A stretch of DNA of 64,000 bases from Nitrospirota bacterium. GTDB taxonomy: Bacteria > Nitrospirota > UBA9217. The notes under the pieces were generated by a model that did not search any database, was not told where the DNA came from, and was given only the letters and a program-made list of their open reading frames with translations. Positions 39,583 through 50,520 of this stretch are shown here, piece after piece. The DNA lies in NCBI GenBank assembly GCA_963845065.1, contig CAWJQQ010000009.1:480001-544000 (forward strand). The letters are read 5' to 3'. The position numbers were made by a program, and so were the translations under genes. Every line of letters starts with the position of its first letter. The first letter of the stretch is position 1.

Positions 39583-39703
39583 CACCCTTGCCAGAAAATC
39601 CTAGTTCTTTAAAACGGGGGATGAAGACTGGCGGGGACGAAGCCGAGGTTGAATCGCGTTTGCTTGACCAGGAACCACGGGTTTTAGCCCGTGCGTAGTT
39701 CAA
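39583..39703 (+). mobile_element. About 120-bp IS200/IS605-derived palindromic MITE
   Basis: Preceded by TTAT; left hairpin GAAAATCCTAGTTCTTTAAAACGGGGGATGAA; right hairpin GAACCACGGGTTTTAGCCCGTGCGTAGTTCAA. Confidence 0.65.
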
Positions 39704-40000
39704 CTTCATGATCTTTTCGTGCCTTGATAGCACATCCGGGGAATCATAGCAGGTATTTTAATTGTACTGAAAGATACATGATCTAAAAACCTATGCGCAC
39801 GACAAAAGTACCTCGTTCATTATCAATAAACACGATTATACGCTTTTAAAGCTTGATTTCCTCGTACGAAATTACAGAAGATCGGAAAAATTGACCAGGT
39901 CGCGAGTATCGGGCGGGTGACATGAAAAGAAGTTCAAAGGATCGTTCGAGAATAAGAAAAACGTTCACGGGAAGATTTCAATAATCTGAAAAACGCCTTA

Positions 40001-41107
40001 ATGATGTTACTCGATTCTCTAGATAAAAAATACATGCGCATGGCTCTTAACCTGGCGCAAAAGGCGAAAGGACGCACAAGCCCGAATCCCATGGTCGGCG
40101 CTGTGGTCGTGAAGAGCGGCAAGGTGATAAGTACGGGCTTCCATCGCAGGGCAGGTGAATCCCATGCTGAGGCCATTGCGCTTAAGAAAGCCGGACCGTT
40201 TGCACGGGGAGCGACACTCTATGTGACGCTCGAACCATGTTCACATACGAACAAGCGTACCCCACCTTGCGCGCCGCTCGTGATGCAGAGCGGCATAAAA
40301 CGGGTTGTCGTAGCCATGATCGATCCGAATCCGCATGTATCCGGAGGCGGCATCAAAGTGCTTCGAAAAGCGGGTATTAGCGTCGTGACTGGAGTCCTGG
40401 AACAAGAGGCACTGAAACTGAACGAGACGTTCGTCAAATTCATCACGAAAGGCCTGCCTTTCGTGACGCTCAAGATTGCACAGACCCTAGACGGCAAGAT
40501 CGCCACCGCATCGGGAGAATCGCAATGGATTACAGGGGAAAAGGCGCGTGAGGAGGGGCACTGCCTGCGTGACACCAATGATGCGATCCTCGTAGGTATC
40601 AACACCATATTGAAAGATAATCCGTCGTTGACTACGAGGATTTCGAGTGGCCGCGACCCTGTCCGGGTGATTCTCGATAGCAGACTGCGCATCCCCCGTG
40701 TAGCGAAGGTCCTTACACAGAAATCAACGTCAAAAACCATTATAGCCACACTTGCAACTGCACCGAGGACGAAGATCATGAAACTTCGTGATGCCGGTGC
40801 AGACGTACTTCTGGTAAAATCTGAGCTGGGCCGCGTGGATCTGCGGGACCTTATGATGAAGCTCGCGAAAAGGGGAATTATGTCTGTGCTCGTTGAAGGT
40901 GGTGCAGAAGTTTATGCTTCGGCAATCAGGGCTGGCATCACAGACAAAGTCGTTTTGTTCATCGCGCCGATGCTCATGACCGGCGCAGATTCACTTTGTG
41001 CTATCGGGGGAATGTCTCCGAAGCGGCTCGACGAGGCCATCCTACTCAAGGACCTTACTACACATTTTGTAGGAGAAGACTTGATGATCGAGGGATATAT
41101 TCGCTGA
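40001..41107 (+). CDS. ribD: Bifunctional diaminohydroxyphosphoribosylaminopyrimidine deaminase/reductase
   Basis: TSPNPMVG, HAE, TLEPC..TPPC, LDGKIAT, VEGG. Confidence 0.97.
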   Translation: MMLLDSLDKKYMRMALNLAQKAKGRTSPNPMVGAVVVKSGKVISTGFHRRAGESHAEAIALKKAGPFARGATLYVTLEPCSHTNKRTPPCAPLVMQSGIKRVVVAMIDPNPHVSGGGIKVLRKAGISVVTGVLEQEALKLNETFVKFITKGLPFVTLKIAQTLDGKIATASGESQWITGEKAREEGHCLRDTNDAILVGINTILKDNPSLTTRISSGRDPVRVILDSRLRIPRVAKVLTQKSTSKTIIATLATAPRTKIMKLRDAGADVLLVKSELGRVDLRDLMMKLAKRGIMSVLVEGGAEVYASAIRAGITDKVVLFIAPMLMTGADSLCAIGGMSPKRLDEAILLKDLTTHFVGEDLMIEGYIR

Positions 41108-41119
41108 CCTGTTCAGAGA

Positions 41120-41527
41120 TTATAGGCTGTGAACAAGATAGAACACGAGAAAAACGCCGATGGAAAGTATGGACAGAAAGAGCATTACGCTTAAAACAAC
41201 CGACGGATGGTAGGTGTCGTCCTCAATTTGACGCTCTACTGCTTTGTAACGAATGAAAGCAAGCACTCCCATCGCCACACCCAGGCCAACAAGGACTATC
41301 CCGATAACTGACGAGTAGCCTGGAGGCGGGGGGGAAGACTCTTTTCCCAGATAATAAGCCATCTGTTTCACGAAGAGAGAAAATTTTTCTACAACGAACC
41401 CGAAAGCCATGATGGCGACACTTGTCCGAATCCAGGCGAGAAAGGTTCGCTCATTCGCCATATGTACTCGCCGCTTGCGTCGGCCCTTGGATACTATTTC
41501 AGCCGGGGCTTCTGGTATCATACCCAT
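41120..41527 (-). CDS. YidH/DUF202 family membrane protein
   Basis: HMANERTFLAWIRT. Confidence 0.9.
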   Translation of the reverse strand: MGMIPEAPAEIVSKGRRKRRVHMANERTFLAWIRTSVAIMAFGFVVEKFSLFVKQMAYYLGKESSPPPPGYSSVIGIVLVGLGVAMGVLAFIRYKAVERQIEDDTYHPSVVLSVMLFLSILSIGVFLVFYLVHSL

Positions 41528-41543
41528 CAGTCCTTTCTATCAC

Positions 41544-42131
41544 TCAACCCTGAATAAACATAAATATTCCGCTTCTGATCATCTTCACGGCAAATGCTGC
41601 CAAGATCAATGCTGCAACTTTGGCAAAAGCCCGAGAGCCGCTGATCCCGATGAGTCTGATGATCCGCTCCGACTGAGCAAAGATCAGCCATGCCAACAGC
41701 AGGTTCACAATAAGAGCAAGAATAACGGGGATATAACCGTTCGTCCCGACAAGGACGAGGGCCGTTGTTAGCGTGCCTGGTCCGGCAATGATTGGTGTGC
41801 CAAGCGGCACCACGCCGAATTCAGGGCTCCGTTCCATTTGATGTTCGCCTGCGCGTAGCACGTCGGTAACGGCGATGATCAACAGGACGCCACCGCCGGC
41901 GATCATAAAATCTTCTACCATTATACCCAAAGCATTAAAAATTGCCTGTCCCAGAAGGATAAATCCTATGGTTACTAGAAACGCAGTAGCAATGGACTGG
42001 CGAATCATCTTCTTCCGTTCCGCGTGAGAGACTCCCTCGGTCATGCCTACATAAAGCGGCAGCGTTCCCGGCGCATCGAGTGCAACCATGAGGGGAATGA
42101 GCGTTACCAAAAAAGGCTTGAAAAAAACCAT
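41544..42131 (-). CDS. MarC family membrane protein
   Basis: VPLGTPIIAGPG; six TM segments. Confidence 0.9.
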   Translation of the reverse strand: MVFFKPFLVTLIPLMVALDAPGTLPLYVGMTEGVSHAERKKMIRQSIATAFLVTIGFILLGQAIFNALGIMVEDFMIAGGGVLLIIAVTDVLRAGEHQMERSPEFGVVPLGTPIIAGPGTLTTALVLVGTNGYIPVILALIVNLLLAWLIFAQSERIIRLIGISGSRAFAKVAALILAAFAVKMIRSGIFMFIQG

Positions 42132-42389
42132 GCATACTCCCTGGCTATGAGACTAAACATCAGCACTAGCTATTCTGAGAAGAGTATAACCCAGTTTACT
42201 AGATGTGTCTAGCTCGGTGCGCTTTATGTAGGTGGGAGTGAGATGAGCGTGTCGATTTCATTTTTTGGGCTCATGGCGTACAATAAGTATTTCCTATATA
42301 ATATTAATAAGGAGATAGGCAATTGCAATTTGACTTGGCAGGTGACTCACGGTATTGTTAAACTACTCGTGTTGTGTGGAGGCAGGGAT

Positions 42390-43442
42390 ATGGTGGACAA
42401 CAAGGACAGCGGGCAGAGGCTCAAACTTACATCGCTCAGCCACGGTGCCGGCTGAGCCTGCAAACTTGGTCCAAAGGTTTTGGACGAGATACTCAAGGTT
42501 CTTCCTCATGTTACGGATCCGCATGTGCTCGTCGGAACCGAAGATGACGCTGGCGTCTATCAGTTGAGCGATGAAATAGCTATCGTTCAAACCGTGGATT
42601 TTTTCACGCCCATTGTGGATGATGGCTTCGATTTCGGGGCGATTGCCGCGGCGAACGCATTCTCCGATATCTATGCTATGGGCGCAAAACCACTTACGGC
42701 GCTGAACCTGGTGGCGTTTCCGAAGGATGGGCCACTGAATGTGCTGAGCGATATCATGCGCGGGGGTGCCGAAAAAGCGCAGGAAGCCGGAGTTGTCATC
42801 ATTGGCGGCCACTCCATCGATGATAAGGAACCTAAATACGGCATGGCCGTAATGGGTATCGTGCATCCTGGACGCATAGCGCTGAAGGGCGGTGCGAGGC
42901 CGGGAGACTCGCTCGTATTGACCAAGCCCCTCGGAATCGGCATTATATCAACGGCAATCAAAGTCGGACGTGCATCGGACGAAATGATTGTGACTGCAAC
43001 GCGAACCATGAAAACGTTGAATAAGCTAGCGTCTGATGCCATGGTTGAGGTCGGGGTCAAGGCAGCAACGGACATAACAGGGTTCGGCCTGCTCGGTCAC
43101 CTCCACGAGATGCTGCATATCAGTGGCTTGAGCGCGCGGCTGATGATATCTCAGATACCGGTCATTGAAGGAGTACGGGCGCTCGCGAAATTCAGCATTC
43201 CCGGCGGCACGCGCTCGAACTTGAAATATATGAGTGACAAGGTCATATGGTCCGAAGGAATAGCGGAAGAAGATAAATTGATCCTTGCGGATGCGCAGAC
43301 TTCCGGTGGCCTTTTGATCGCTGTCCCTGCGAACAACCTCGACACGCTTCTCAAGGGACTTGCGGCACGGCGAGTGGAGACGAGTGCTGTGATCGGAGAG
43401 ATCACAGAAGGTAATGTAGGTAAAATCGTGGTCAAACGATGA
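42390..43442 (+). CDS. selD: Selenide, water dikinase (selenoprotein; UGA at 42453-42455)
   Basis: MVDNK...LTSLSHGAG-(TGA)-ACKLG in frame with DDAGVY, QTVDFFTP, DAQTSGGLL. Confidence 0.95.
42465..42488 (+). promoter_or_regulatory. Candidate bacterial SECIS hairpin
   Basis: GTCCAAA-ggt-TTTGGAC stem starting 13 nt after the in-frame UGA. Confidence 0.65.
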
Positions 43443-43753
43443 TTGGGCGAGCAGGTCATTCCCCCTTTGTAATTCAGGACCAATGGAGTAGCCGGGGAAA
43501 TACTGATTAACCTTTTGGAAGGTGCTTATTGAACTGTGATGGATCTATTTATCGCTCTTACCAAAAACACCCCGTGTAGACGGAGCACGGTCAGGTCACG
43601 GTGGGCGGTTATGCAAGGAAGCAGCCGAAAAGGACCGGGTCACAAACTCGTTACCGACGCAAGTGGTGGGGCTACGGGAACGACATGACGCTGATGCTCA
43701 CCTATGGCGTGGATGTAGATTTGCCGAATCCGCTGCAAGGAGCCAGTTAGGTA

Positions 43754-44551
43754 ATGACGAAGACTATAATTTTCACAGATCTTGACGGGACGCTGCTTCA
43801 CCCAAAAACGTATTCTTTTCAGGAAGCGACATCCGCACTGGAATTGATCAGAGAAAGGGACATTCCTTTAATACTTTGTTCCAGCAAGACGAAAGCAGAG
43901 ATGGAAGTCTACCGGAAGCGATTGAAGAACAAACACCCCTTCATCGTGGAAAATGGGGGTGGCATCTACCTGCCAATGGGATATTTTCCTTTTTTTAGGG
44001 GGCGTGAGAAAGACGAGGACTATATCGTCTGCGAATTAGGCAAAACTTATGAGGAGATCAGAAGGACTTTTATATCCCTTCGCGAAAGTCTGGGGGTATC
44101 CGTAAAAGGCTTCGGTGATATGACTATTGAAGAAATAGCAGCACTAACGGGGCTAGAGAAGGCTGAGGCTACCCTTGCCCAACAGCGGGAGTTCGAAGAA
44201 CCATTTATTTTCGAAATGGGCTTAGATGAACGTTTCCTCAAGGCCATAGAAGAACGAGGACTTAAGTGGACCATTGGGAAATTATATCATCTCATGGGAG
44301 ATTACGATAAGGGGAAGGCCGTTCGTCACCTGAAGCGATGGTATGAAGGAAAATATGGTAAATTTATAACCATAGGGCTTGGCGATGGATTGAACGACCT
44401 GCCCCTCCTAAAGGAAGTAGACTACGCTGTTTTAATCCAGAAAGAGGACGGTAGCTACGATGCGCAGGTCGAGTTACCCAACCTCATCGAAGCGCAGGGC
44501 ATCGGACCAGCTGGATGGAACAAGGCTGTGCTAGAATTGATGAATATATGA
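43754..44551 (+). CDS. Mannosyl/glucosyl-3-phosphoglycerate phosphatase (HAD IIB)
   Basis: DLDGTLL, SSKT, ENGG, REFEEP, LGDGLND. Confidence 0.9.
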   Translation: MTKTIIFTDLDGTLLHPKTYSFQEATSALELIRERDIPLILCSSKTKAEMEVYRKRLKNKHPFIVENGGGIYLPMGYFPFFRGREKDEDYIVCELGKTYEEIRRTFISLRESLGVSVKGFGDMTIEEIAALTGLEKAEATLAQQREFEEPFIFEMGLDERFLKAIEERGLKWTIGKLYHLMGDYDKGKAVRHLKRWYEGKYGKFITIGLGDGLNDLPLLKEVDYAVLIQKEDGSYDAQVELPNLIEAQGIGPAGWNKAVLELMNI

Positions 44552-45088
44552 ATCAAGAACCCCTGGTGGAGATATGCCACGGGTCCTCGCGGATGTTAAC
44601 ACCTACCATGCCGCGAAAAGGACGCTTCCATGAGGACAATGTGTTTCACGTCGGCGGAATGCCTACGATCTGGCTGTATTGGACCGAGTCATTGTCATCC
44701 GAGTCGGCAGGGCTACGGGAGCGCATAGTTGAAGATTTTCTGGGTAACGTCGCAACCGAAGGGTTTCACCATTGAAAAGTGTGTACACGGCGGGAAGTTC
44801 GGGACAATAAGGCGGGCAGAGACCGATCCACCCTGTTCCCGATAAGGCAGAAGTGAAAGGAACGCTGCATACAGAGTGCTGCAGGCGTGAAATGAGGCAT
44901 TTACTCAGAGACCTATTTGGAAAACTACGATTCCTAAACCTTTCATCTAAAGGTAGACTCTTTCTGCAATCCGAAACATTACATCAACACATTCCCGACG
45001 GGGCAACAGTTACGGGTCCGCAGATCATTCTTATAGAAGCTGTACCGAGCGGGTGCGGCAGGACGACCTCCGTGAAACTGAGAAAAGC

Positions 45089-46348
45089 ATGGACAGCATC
45101 ATTTCCAGAAAAGAGATAGCAAAACAGATCGAGAGCGTAAAGGCTGCCGATATACTTGTCGGCATCCCGAGTTACAACAACGCACGGACTATCGGTCATG
45201 TCGTGCGGGCCATTCAGGTTGGTCTCGCCAAATATTTCCCTGATCAAAAATCCGTGCTCGTTGACTCCGACGGCGGGTCAAACGACGGAACCCCGGAAAT
45301 AGTACGGAACACGATTGTTGAAGATTTTCAGTCTATTCTGCTACATCACCGTGTGTCGCCCGTGATCAGGATGACCGTTCCCTACCATGGACTACCAGGC
45401 AAGGGAAGCGCCTTTCGCACGATCTTCGAGATTGCAGTCGCCTTGAACGTCAAGGCTTGTGCCGTGGTAGATTCGGACCTCCGGAGTATCACTCCTGAGT
45501 GGCTTGAGCTGCTGCTCAAGCCGGTGCTTGAAGATGGGGTCGATTTTGTCGCTCCCTTATACCACCGGCACAAGTACGACGGGACGATTACGAACAGCAT
45601 CATTTATCCTCTCACACGGGCGCTTTACGGTAAGCGTGTGCGCCAGCCCATCGGTGGAGATTTTGGTTTTTCCGGTTCCCTTGCGAAACATTATCTTAAC
45701 GAGGATGTGTGGCAGACGGACGTTGCCCGATACGGAATCGACATCTGGATGACTACGCACGCAATCGCCAACAATTACAAAATCGCACAGGCCTTTCTCG
45801 GAGCGAAGATACATGACCCCAAAGACCCGAGCTCGGACCTCTCCTCCATGCTCTACCAAGTAGTAGGCTCGACATTCAGTCTCATGGAGTCATATGCTGA
45901 AATCTGGCAATCAGTAAAGGGCTCGGAAGCGGTTCCGACCTACGGGTTTCTGTACGAGGTGGGACTTGAGCAGGTCAATGTCGACATGACAAAAATGCTC
46001 AGAATATTCAGAGAGGGCGTTCGAAATCTCAGAGATGTATTGCCCTCCGTGGTCGGAAGTGGTGACTTTAGTGAGCTTGAAATGATTGTCACTTCGTCAG
46101 ATGAGAATTTCAGGTTCCCTATCACTTTATGGACCCGGATCGTCTATGACTATGCCCTCGCCTATCACAAAAAAAAGCTCCCCGCCGAACAGCTCCTTAA
46201 GTCGCTGACGCCGCTTTACCTCGGGAAGACAGCTTCCTTCGTACGGGAGATGCAGGATCGGGGTCAGAGTGAGGTGGAGGAGGAGATCGAAAAGCTTTGC
46301 GAGGAATTCGAGGGATACAAGGGACACCTAAGCAAAAACTGGATGTAG
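45089..46348 (+). CDS. GT-A fold glycosyltransferase, glucosyl/mannosylglycerate synthase-like
   Basis: GIPSYNN, GKGSAF, VDSDLRS, RHKYDGTIT, RQPIGGDF. Confidence 0.8.
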   Translation: MDSIISRKEIAKQIESVKAADILVGIPSYNNARTIGHVVRAIQVGLAKYFPDQKSVLVDSDGGSNDGTPEIVRNTIVEDFQSILLHHRVSPVIRMTVPYHGLPGKGSAFRTIFEIAVALNVKACAVVDSDLRSITPEWLELLLKPVLEDGVDFVAPLYHRHKYDGTITNSIIYPLTRALYGKRVRQPIGGDFGFSGSLAKHYLNEDVWQTDVARYGIDIWMTTHAIANNYKIAQAFLGAKIHDPKDPSSDLSSMLYQVVGSTFSLMESYAEIWQSVKGSEAVPTYGFLYEVGLEQVNVDMTKMLRIFREGVRNLRDVLPSVVGSGDFSELEMIVTSSDENFRFPITLWTRIVYDYALAYHKKKLPAEQLLKSLTPLYLGKTASFVREMQDRGQSEVEEEIEKLCEEFEGYKGHLSKNWM

Positions 46349-46364
46349 CAAAAGGGGGTGTGCA

Positions 46365-47063
46365 ATGCTGAATTTTTTTGAATTGATTCTTGACCGGTTC
46401 AAGGAGATATATATACAATTCGTCAACTTCTTTCCTAATTTACTCACCATGCTGATCATCATCATGATTGGCATTTTTCTGGCGCGACTCATTCGCATTA
46501 TCCTGATCAAGATACTCGCGGCGATCAGGTTCGACAGCTGGAGTGACCGGATGGGGCTGACTTCGGTGATGAGAAAAGGAGACATGTGGACTAAACCGAC
46601 AGCGGCTGTCGGCACCTTCATGTACTGGCTCTTGATCATCGTCTCGTTCATGGCGGGTTTGAGCGCTATGCAGGTTCGCGCAATTGACAGTCTCATATCG
46701 CAATTTGTACTCTATCTTCCACGGGTACTTTCGGCCATTGTTATCCTTGTTTTCGGGTATATAGTGACAGGGTTCATCGGCAGGGCGGTCCTGATTTCCG
46801 CCGTAAACCGTGGGTATGCGTTTGCACGACTCCTTGGCGAAGCAGTGCGGCTCCTGATGATCGTCTTGTTAATCGCGATGGCCCTGGAACAGCTCGAGGT
46901 GGCGCCGAGCATCGTGACGGCGGCATTTTCGATCATCTTCGGGGGTATTGTGCTGGCTTTGGCCATTGCCTTCGGCGTCGGCGGCATCGAGGCCGCAAAA
47001 AACATCATCGAGAAGGAGGGGGAGAAAAAGGAAGAGGGCAAGCGAGATATCGAGCATATTTGA
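46365..47063 (+). CDS. TM-helix-repeat membrane protein (mechanosensitive channel/CmpX-like)
   Basis: Repeated PNLL/PRVL-started helices; ALAIAFGVGG. Confidence 0.8.
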   Translation: MLNFFELILDRFKEIYIQFVNFFPNLLTMLIIIMIGIFLARLIRIILIKILAAIRFDSWSDRMGLTSVMRKGDMWTKPTAAVGTFMYWLLIIVSFMAGLSAMQVRAIDSLISQFVLYLPRVLSAIVILVFGYIVTGFIGRAVLISAVNRGYAFARLLGEAVRLLMIVLLIAMALEQLEVAPSIVTAAFSIIFGGIVLALAIAFGVGGIEAAKNIIEKEGEKKEEGKRDIEHI

Positions 47064-47072
47064 GGAGGCAGC

Positions 47073-48281
47073 ATGACGGACTTTTACCAGACAGGCATCA
47101 TCACCACGCTCCATAATCTAGGGAAATCATCTTTCGACCGACTGGAACAGGAACTGAGCGATTACGCCCGGACTCGGCCCATCGCACTTGTGCTGCCAGC
47201 GCTTTATTCTGAGTTCGATGGCCCGGCCATGCCGGGGATCGTTGCGGAACTCGCGAAAGTGAAATATCTTAAGGAAGTCGACCTTGTTCTCGACTTGGCT
47301 TCGGAAAAGGAGTTTTTGCGGGTGAAGGAATTCCTCTCGCCCATCGCTACCGATGTCAAGATCATCCATAACGATGGGAAACGGATCAACGAGATCTATC
47401 ATACCTTGGCGCGGAATAAGATGGACGTCGGGCAGCGCGGGAAAGGACGCTCGGTCTGGCTTGCGTACGGTTATGTGCTCGCCCGAGGATTGTCGGATAT
47501 TATTGCACTCCATGACTGCGATATCGTCACCTACAGTCGTGAGTTGCTGGCGAGGCTTTGCTATCCGGTGGCGAATCCTAACCTGGACTACGCATTCTGC
47601 AAAGGGTACTATAGCAGGGTTACGGACCGGATGCACGGCCGGGTAACGCGGCTGCTCATAACTCCTCTTATCCGATCTATCGAGATTATCCAGGGTCGAC
47701 ACGATTTTTTGAGCTTTCTGGACAGCTTTCGCTATCCTCTTGCGGGGGAATTTTGCATGAACGCGGATATGGCACGCGTGAACAGAATCCCCTGGGACTG
47801 GGGGCTTGAGGTGGGTTCCCTAGCCGAAGTCTACCGGAATTATTCACCGCGCAGGGTCTGCCAGGTCGATATTGCTGCGACCTATGAACACAAGCACCAA
47901 GCGCTCTCCGACGAAGACCCCACGAAAGGTCTGATGAAGATGACAGTCGACATCTGCAAGTCTATCTTCAGGACCATGGCCTCCGAAGGTGTCATTTTGT
48001 CCGACGAATTTTTCAAGACCCTTTCAGTTGCGTACTTGCGGCAAGCCGAGGACACTATAGTAAAGTTTGAGGCCGATGCCGCAATAAATGGCCTACTTTT
48101 CGACCGGCACGAGGAGGCAAAAGCGGTTGAAGCGTTCACCTGGGCTATCGGAATTGCCGCCCAAGCGTACCGGGAGGACCCTCTGGCCATGCCGCTCATT
48201 CCGAACTGGAACCGTGTAACCTCGGCAATTCCCGGCATTCTAGAGATGCTCAAAAAAGCGGTCGATGAAGACAATAAGTAA
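47073..48281 (+). CDS. Glucosyl-3-phosphoglycerate synthase-like glycosyltransferase
   Basis: DFYQTG.ITTLH, GKGRSVW, HDCDI, KGYYSR, GRVTRL, YPLAGEF, YEHKHQ. Confidence 0.85.
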   Translation: MTDFYQTGIITTLHNLGKSSFDRLEQELSDYARTRPIALVLPALYSEFDGPAMPGIVAELAKVKYLKEVDLVLDLASEKEFLRVKEFLSPIATDVKIIHNDGKRINEIYHTLARNKMDVGQRGKGRSVWLAYGYVLARGLSDIIALHDCDIVTYSRELLARLCYPVANPNLDYAFCKGYYSRVTDRMHGRVTRLLITPLIRSIEIIQGRHDFLSFLDSFRYPLAGEFCMNADMARVNRIPWDWGLEVGSLAEVYRNYSPRRVCQVDIAATYEHKHQALSDEDPTKGLMKMTVDICKSIFRTMASEGVILSDEFFKTLSVAYLRQAEDTIVKFEADAAINGLLFDRHEEAKAVEAFTWAIGIAAQAYREDPLAMPLIPNWNRVTSAIPGILEMLKKAVDEDNK

Positions 48282-49830
48282 GGAAAATGAGGTGCTGGTC
48301 CATATCCATGAGTTTCAAGTTGTAATTACCCACAAAGACGAGCGAATGCTTGCTATTCGGCTTGAGGCTGGCCGCCATCTGTATAATGCCTGCCTTGGCG
48401 AAGCACAGAAACGTCTTGCTGCGATGCGTCGGTCTGAAAAATGGCTCACTGCGATTAGAAAGAAGAAAAGCAAGCTGCGCACCAAAATGTTTAAAGAAGC
48501 CAGAAACCAAACCAACCATACCGAATACAGCCTCCATGAGTACGTCGGCGTTCTTTGCAACTCTTGCTGGATCGGCGACCATATCGATAGCCTGACTGCC
48601 CAAAAATTAGCGACCAGGGCATACAAAGCCGTAGCCGACTACGAGTTTGACAACCATGGCAAGCCCCGGTTCAAGCGCCATGGCTGGATATCGTCACTTG
48701 AGGGCAAAAACAACGCATCCGGGATACGGTGGTGCGATGATCATGTCGAGTGGTCTGGACTTAACCTCAGCTGTCTCTTCGATCACAAGGACAAGTTCGG
48801 TGTCCAGGCTCACGCGCTTAGCCATGAAGTCAAATATGTCCGGCTGGTCAAGAAGACGATCCGTGGCAACCCCCGCTGGTTTGCCCAACTCGTTCTGAAG
48901 GGCACGGCTAAGGTCAAGCGAGAGAACCAGATCGGTACCGGGACTGTTGGTTTAGACATCGGTCCGTCCACAGGCGCTATCGTTGGCGATACCGATGCCC
49001 GGCTCGTTGAATTTTGTCCAGAAGTCGAGATTCCGTACAAACAAATCAGGGTTGTGCAGCGCAAGAGGGACAGAAGTCTTAGAGCCACTAATCCAGATAA
49101 CTACAACGAGAATGGCACAATCAAGTCCGGCAAAAAGCAGTGGGTCTTCTCCGCTCAATACCGCGCTCTAAAAGCTGTGTTGGCAGAGCTTAAGCGGGTC
49201 CTCGCTGCAACGAGAAAACGATCTCATGGAAAGCCTGCCAATGAGATTCTTAAGCTCGGAACTAACATTAAAACCGAGAAACTTTCGTACGAAGCCTTTC
49301 AAAGAACATTTGGCAAAAGCGTATCAAGACGCGCTCCGTGTATGTTGATGCTTCGCCGCAAAGCCGAAAACGCTGGCGGCCAGATAATCGAATTCCCTAC
49401 CCAGAGCACGAAACTTTCAAAGACATGCCACTGCGGTGAAGTTAAATAGAAGCCCCTCTCAAAGCGGCAACACGTTTGCGCATGTGGTGCGGATGCATAG
49501 CGCGATCTATATTCCGCATTTTTCGCAAAGTACGTTTCGAACGATGTCCTCAACACACGCCAGGCTCTAGTAGCCTGGCCGGGTGCAAACCTGCTCCTGG
49601 AACGGGCGGTGTTGAGGCTGCAGCAGGAGGCGGCGATAGGCCGGATTCATCCGGCCAGCTTCGGTCTCGCGCGAGCAACGAAGGCATGTACAAGCGCAGA
49701 CCGGCGACAGAGCAGCTCGCCCGTTTAAAAAGAATCAACGACAGTCGAGGCTGGCAATGTTTGTGTTGTTGCCAGAGAGACTGTCGGTATTGCCGTCAGA
49801 ACCCCCTGTTTTAACTATGGGGAGTGGTCA
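48282..49830 (+). mobile_element. tnpB: IS200/IS605 TnpB element, copy 2: near full-length tnpB pseudogene + right end; no left end seen
   Basis: LYNACL, VGLDIG, KTEKL, CHCG; premature TAG at 49447 and 49498; right end ...TATGGGGAGTGGTCA. Confidence 0.88.
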
Positions 49831-49860
49831 GAATGCGAGGGCAACGAAAAGGAGGATCAT

Positions 49861-50010
49861 ATGTTGTGGACAATCGCTGCAGTACTGATAATTCTTTGGC
49901 TGTTCGGCTTAGTGAGTAGTTACACGATGGGTGGGTTTATCCATATTTTGCTCGTGATCGCAATTGTTGTGGTTTTGATCAGAATCATTCAGGGACGAAA
50001 AATTATATAG
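49861..50010 (+). CDS. lmo0937-family small membrane protein (49 aa)
   Basis: MLWTIAAVLIILWLFGLVSSYTMGGFIHILLVIAIVVVLIRIIQGRKII; AAGGAGG RBS; below the ORF-track length cutoff. Confidence 0.88.
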   Translation: MLWTIAAVLIILWLFGLVSSYTMGGFIHILLVIAIVVVLIRIIQGRKII

Positions 50011-50520
50011 TCAAGGCGGACGCCCCAAACAAGGGGCATCTGCCCTATGTCCGAAACAGTAGGTTTTTTACTTTTGCCAAGTCCTTTACCATGCGGTCTC
50101 GTAAGATACTTGTAACAGACCCGCCCCGGTACAGTCCCTTACCCCATGGATCTTCTAATTATTTTACTGCATGCTGAAGAATTGTTCAGTCTAGAGATCG
50201 ACGCTTGCTTGGACTCTATCCTCGTGGCAGCTCTCAGCCGGTTCAGTAAAACATCACGGATTGCGATATGCTATTGCTAGAAGCGGAAACCGAGTCGTCA
50301 TCTCGGCGGCATCATGCCTCAGCACGACTTTTCGCGCAACATGGGCTGGCTAACCGTTGCTGGCGGCGTATGTGCGGGGCTATGCCACGTTTTTCAAATA
50401 TAACTTCCTCCCTCTTGATTGCGAGAATGTTGCGCGTTCTGCTTGACTTCACGCAGCACGTCTGTTATGTTCAACATGAAAAATTAAAGCATATGCTCAC
50501 ATGCCCTGAGGAGACTCACA

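Noticed and set aside
43590..43630. TCAGGTC...GGAAGCAGC words reminiscent of SRP RNA
   Set aside because: The words are too far apart and lack the GGAA-tetraloop stem and flanking helix.
17221..49500. Several in-frame TAG codons in mobile-element genes suggesting amber recoding
   Set aside because: The same genes also carry TAA stops and frameshifts, and many intact genes end in TAG; ordinary decay explains the pattern.
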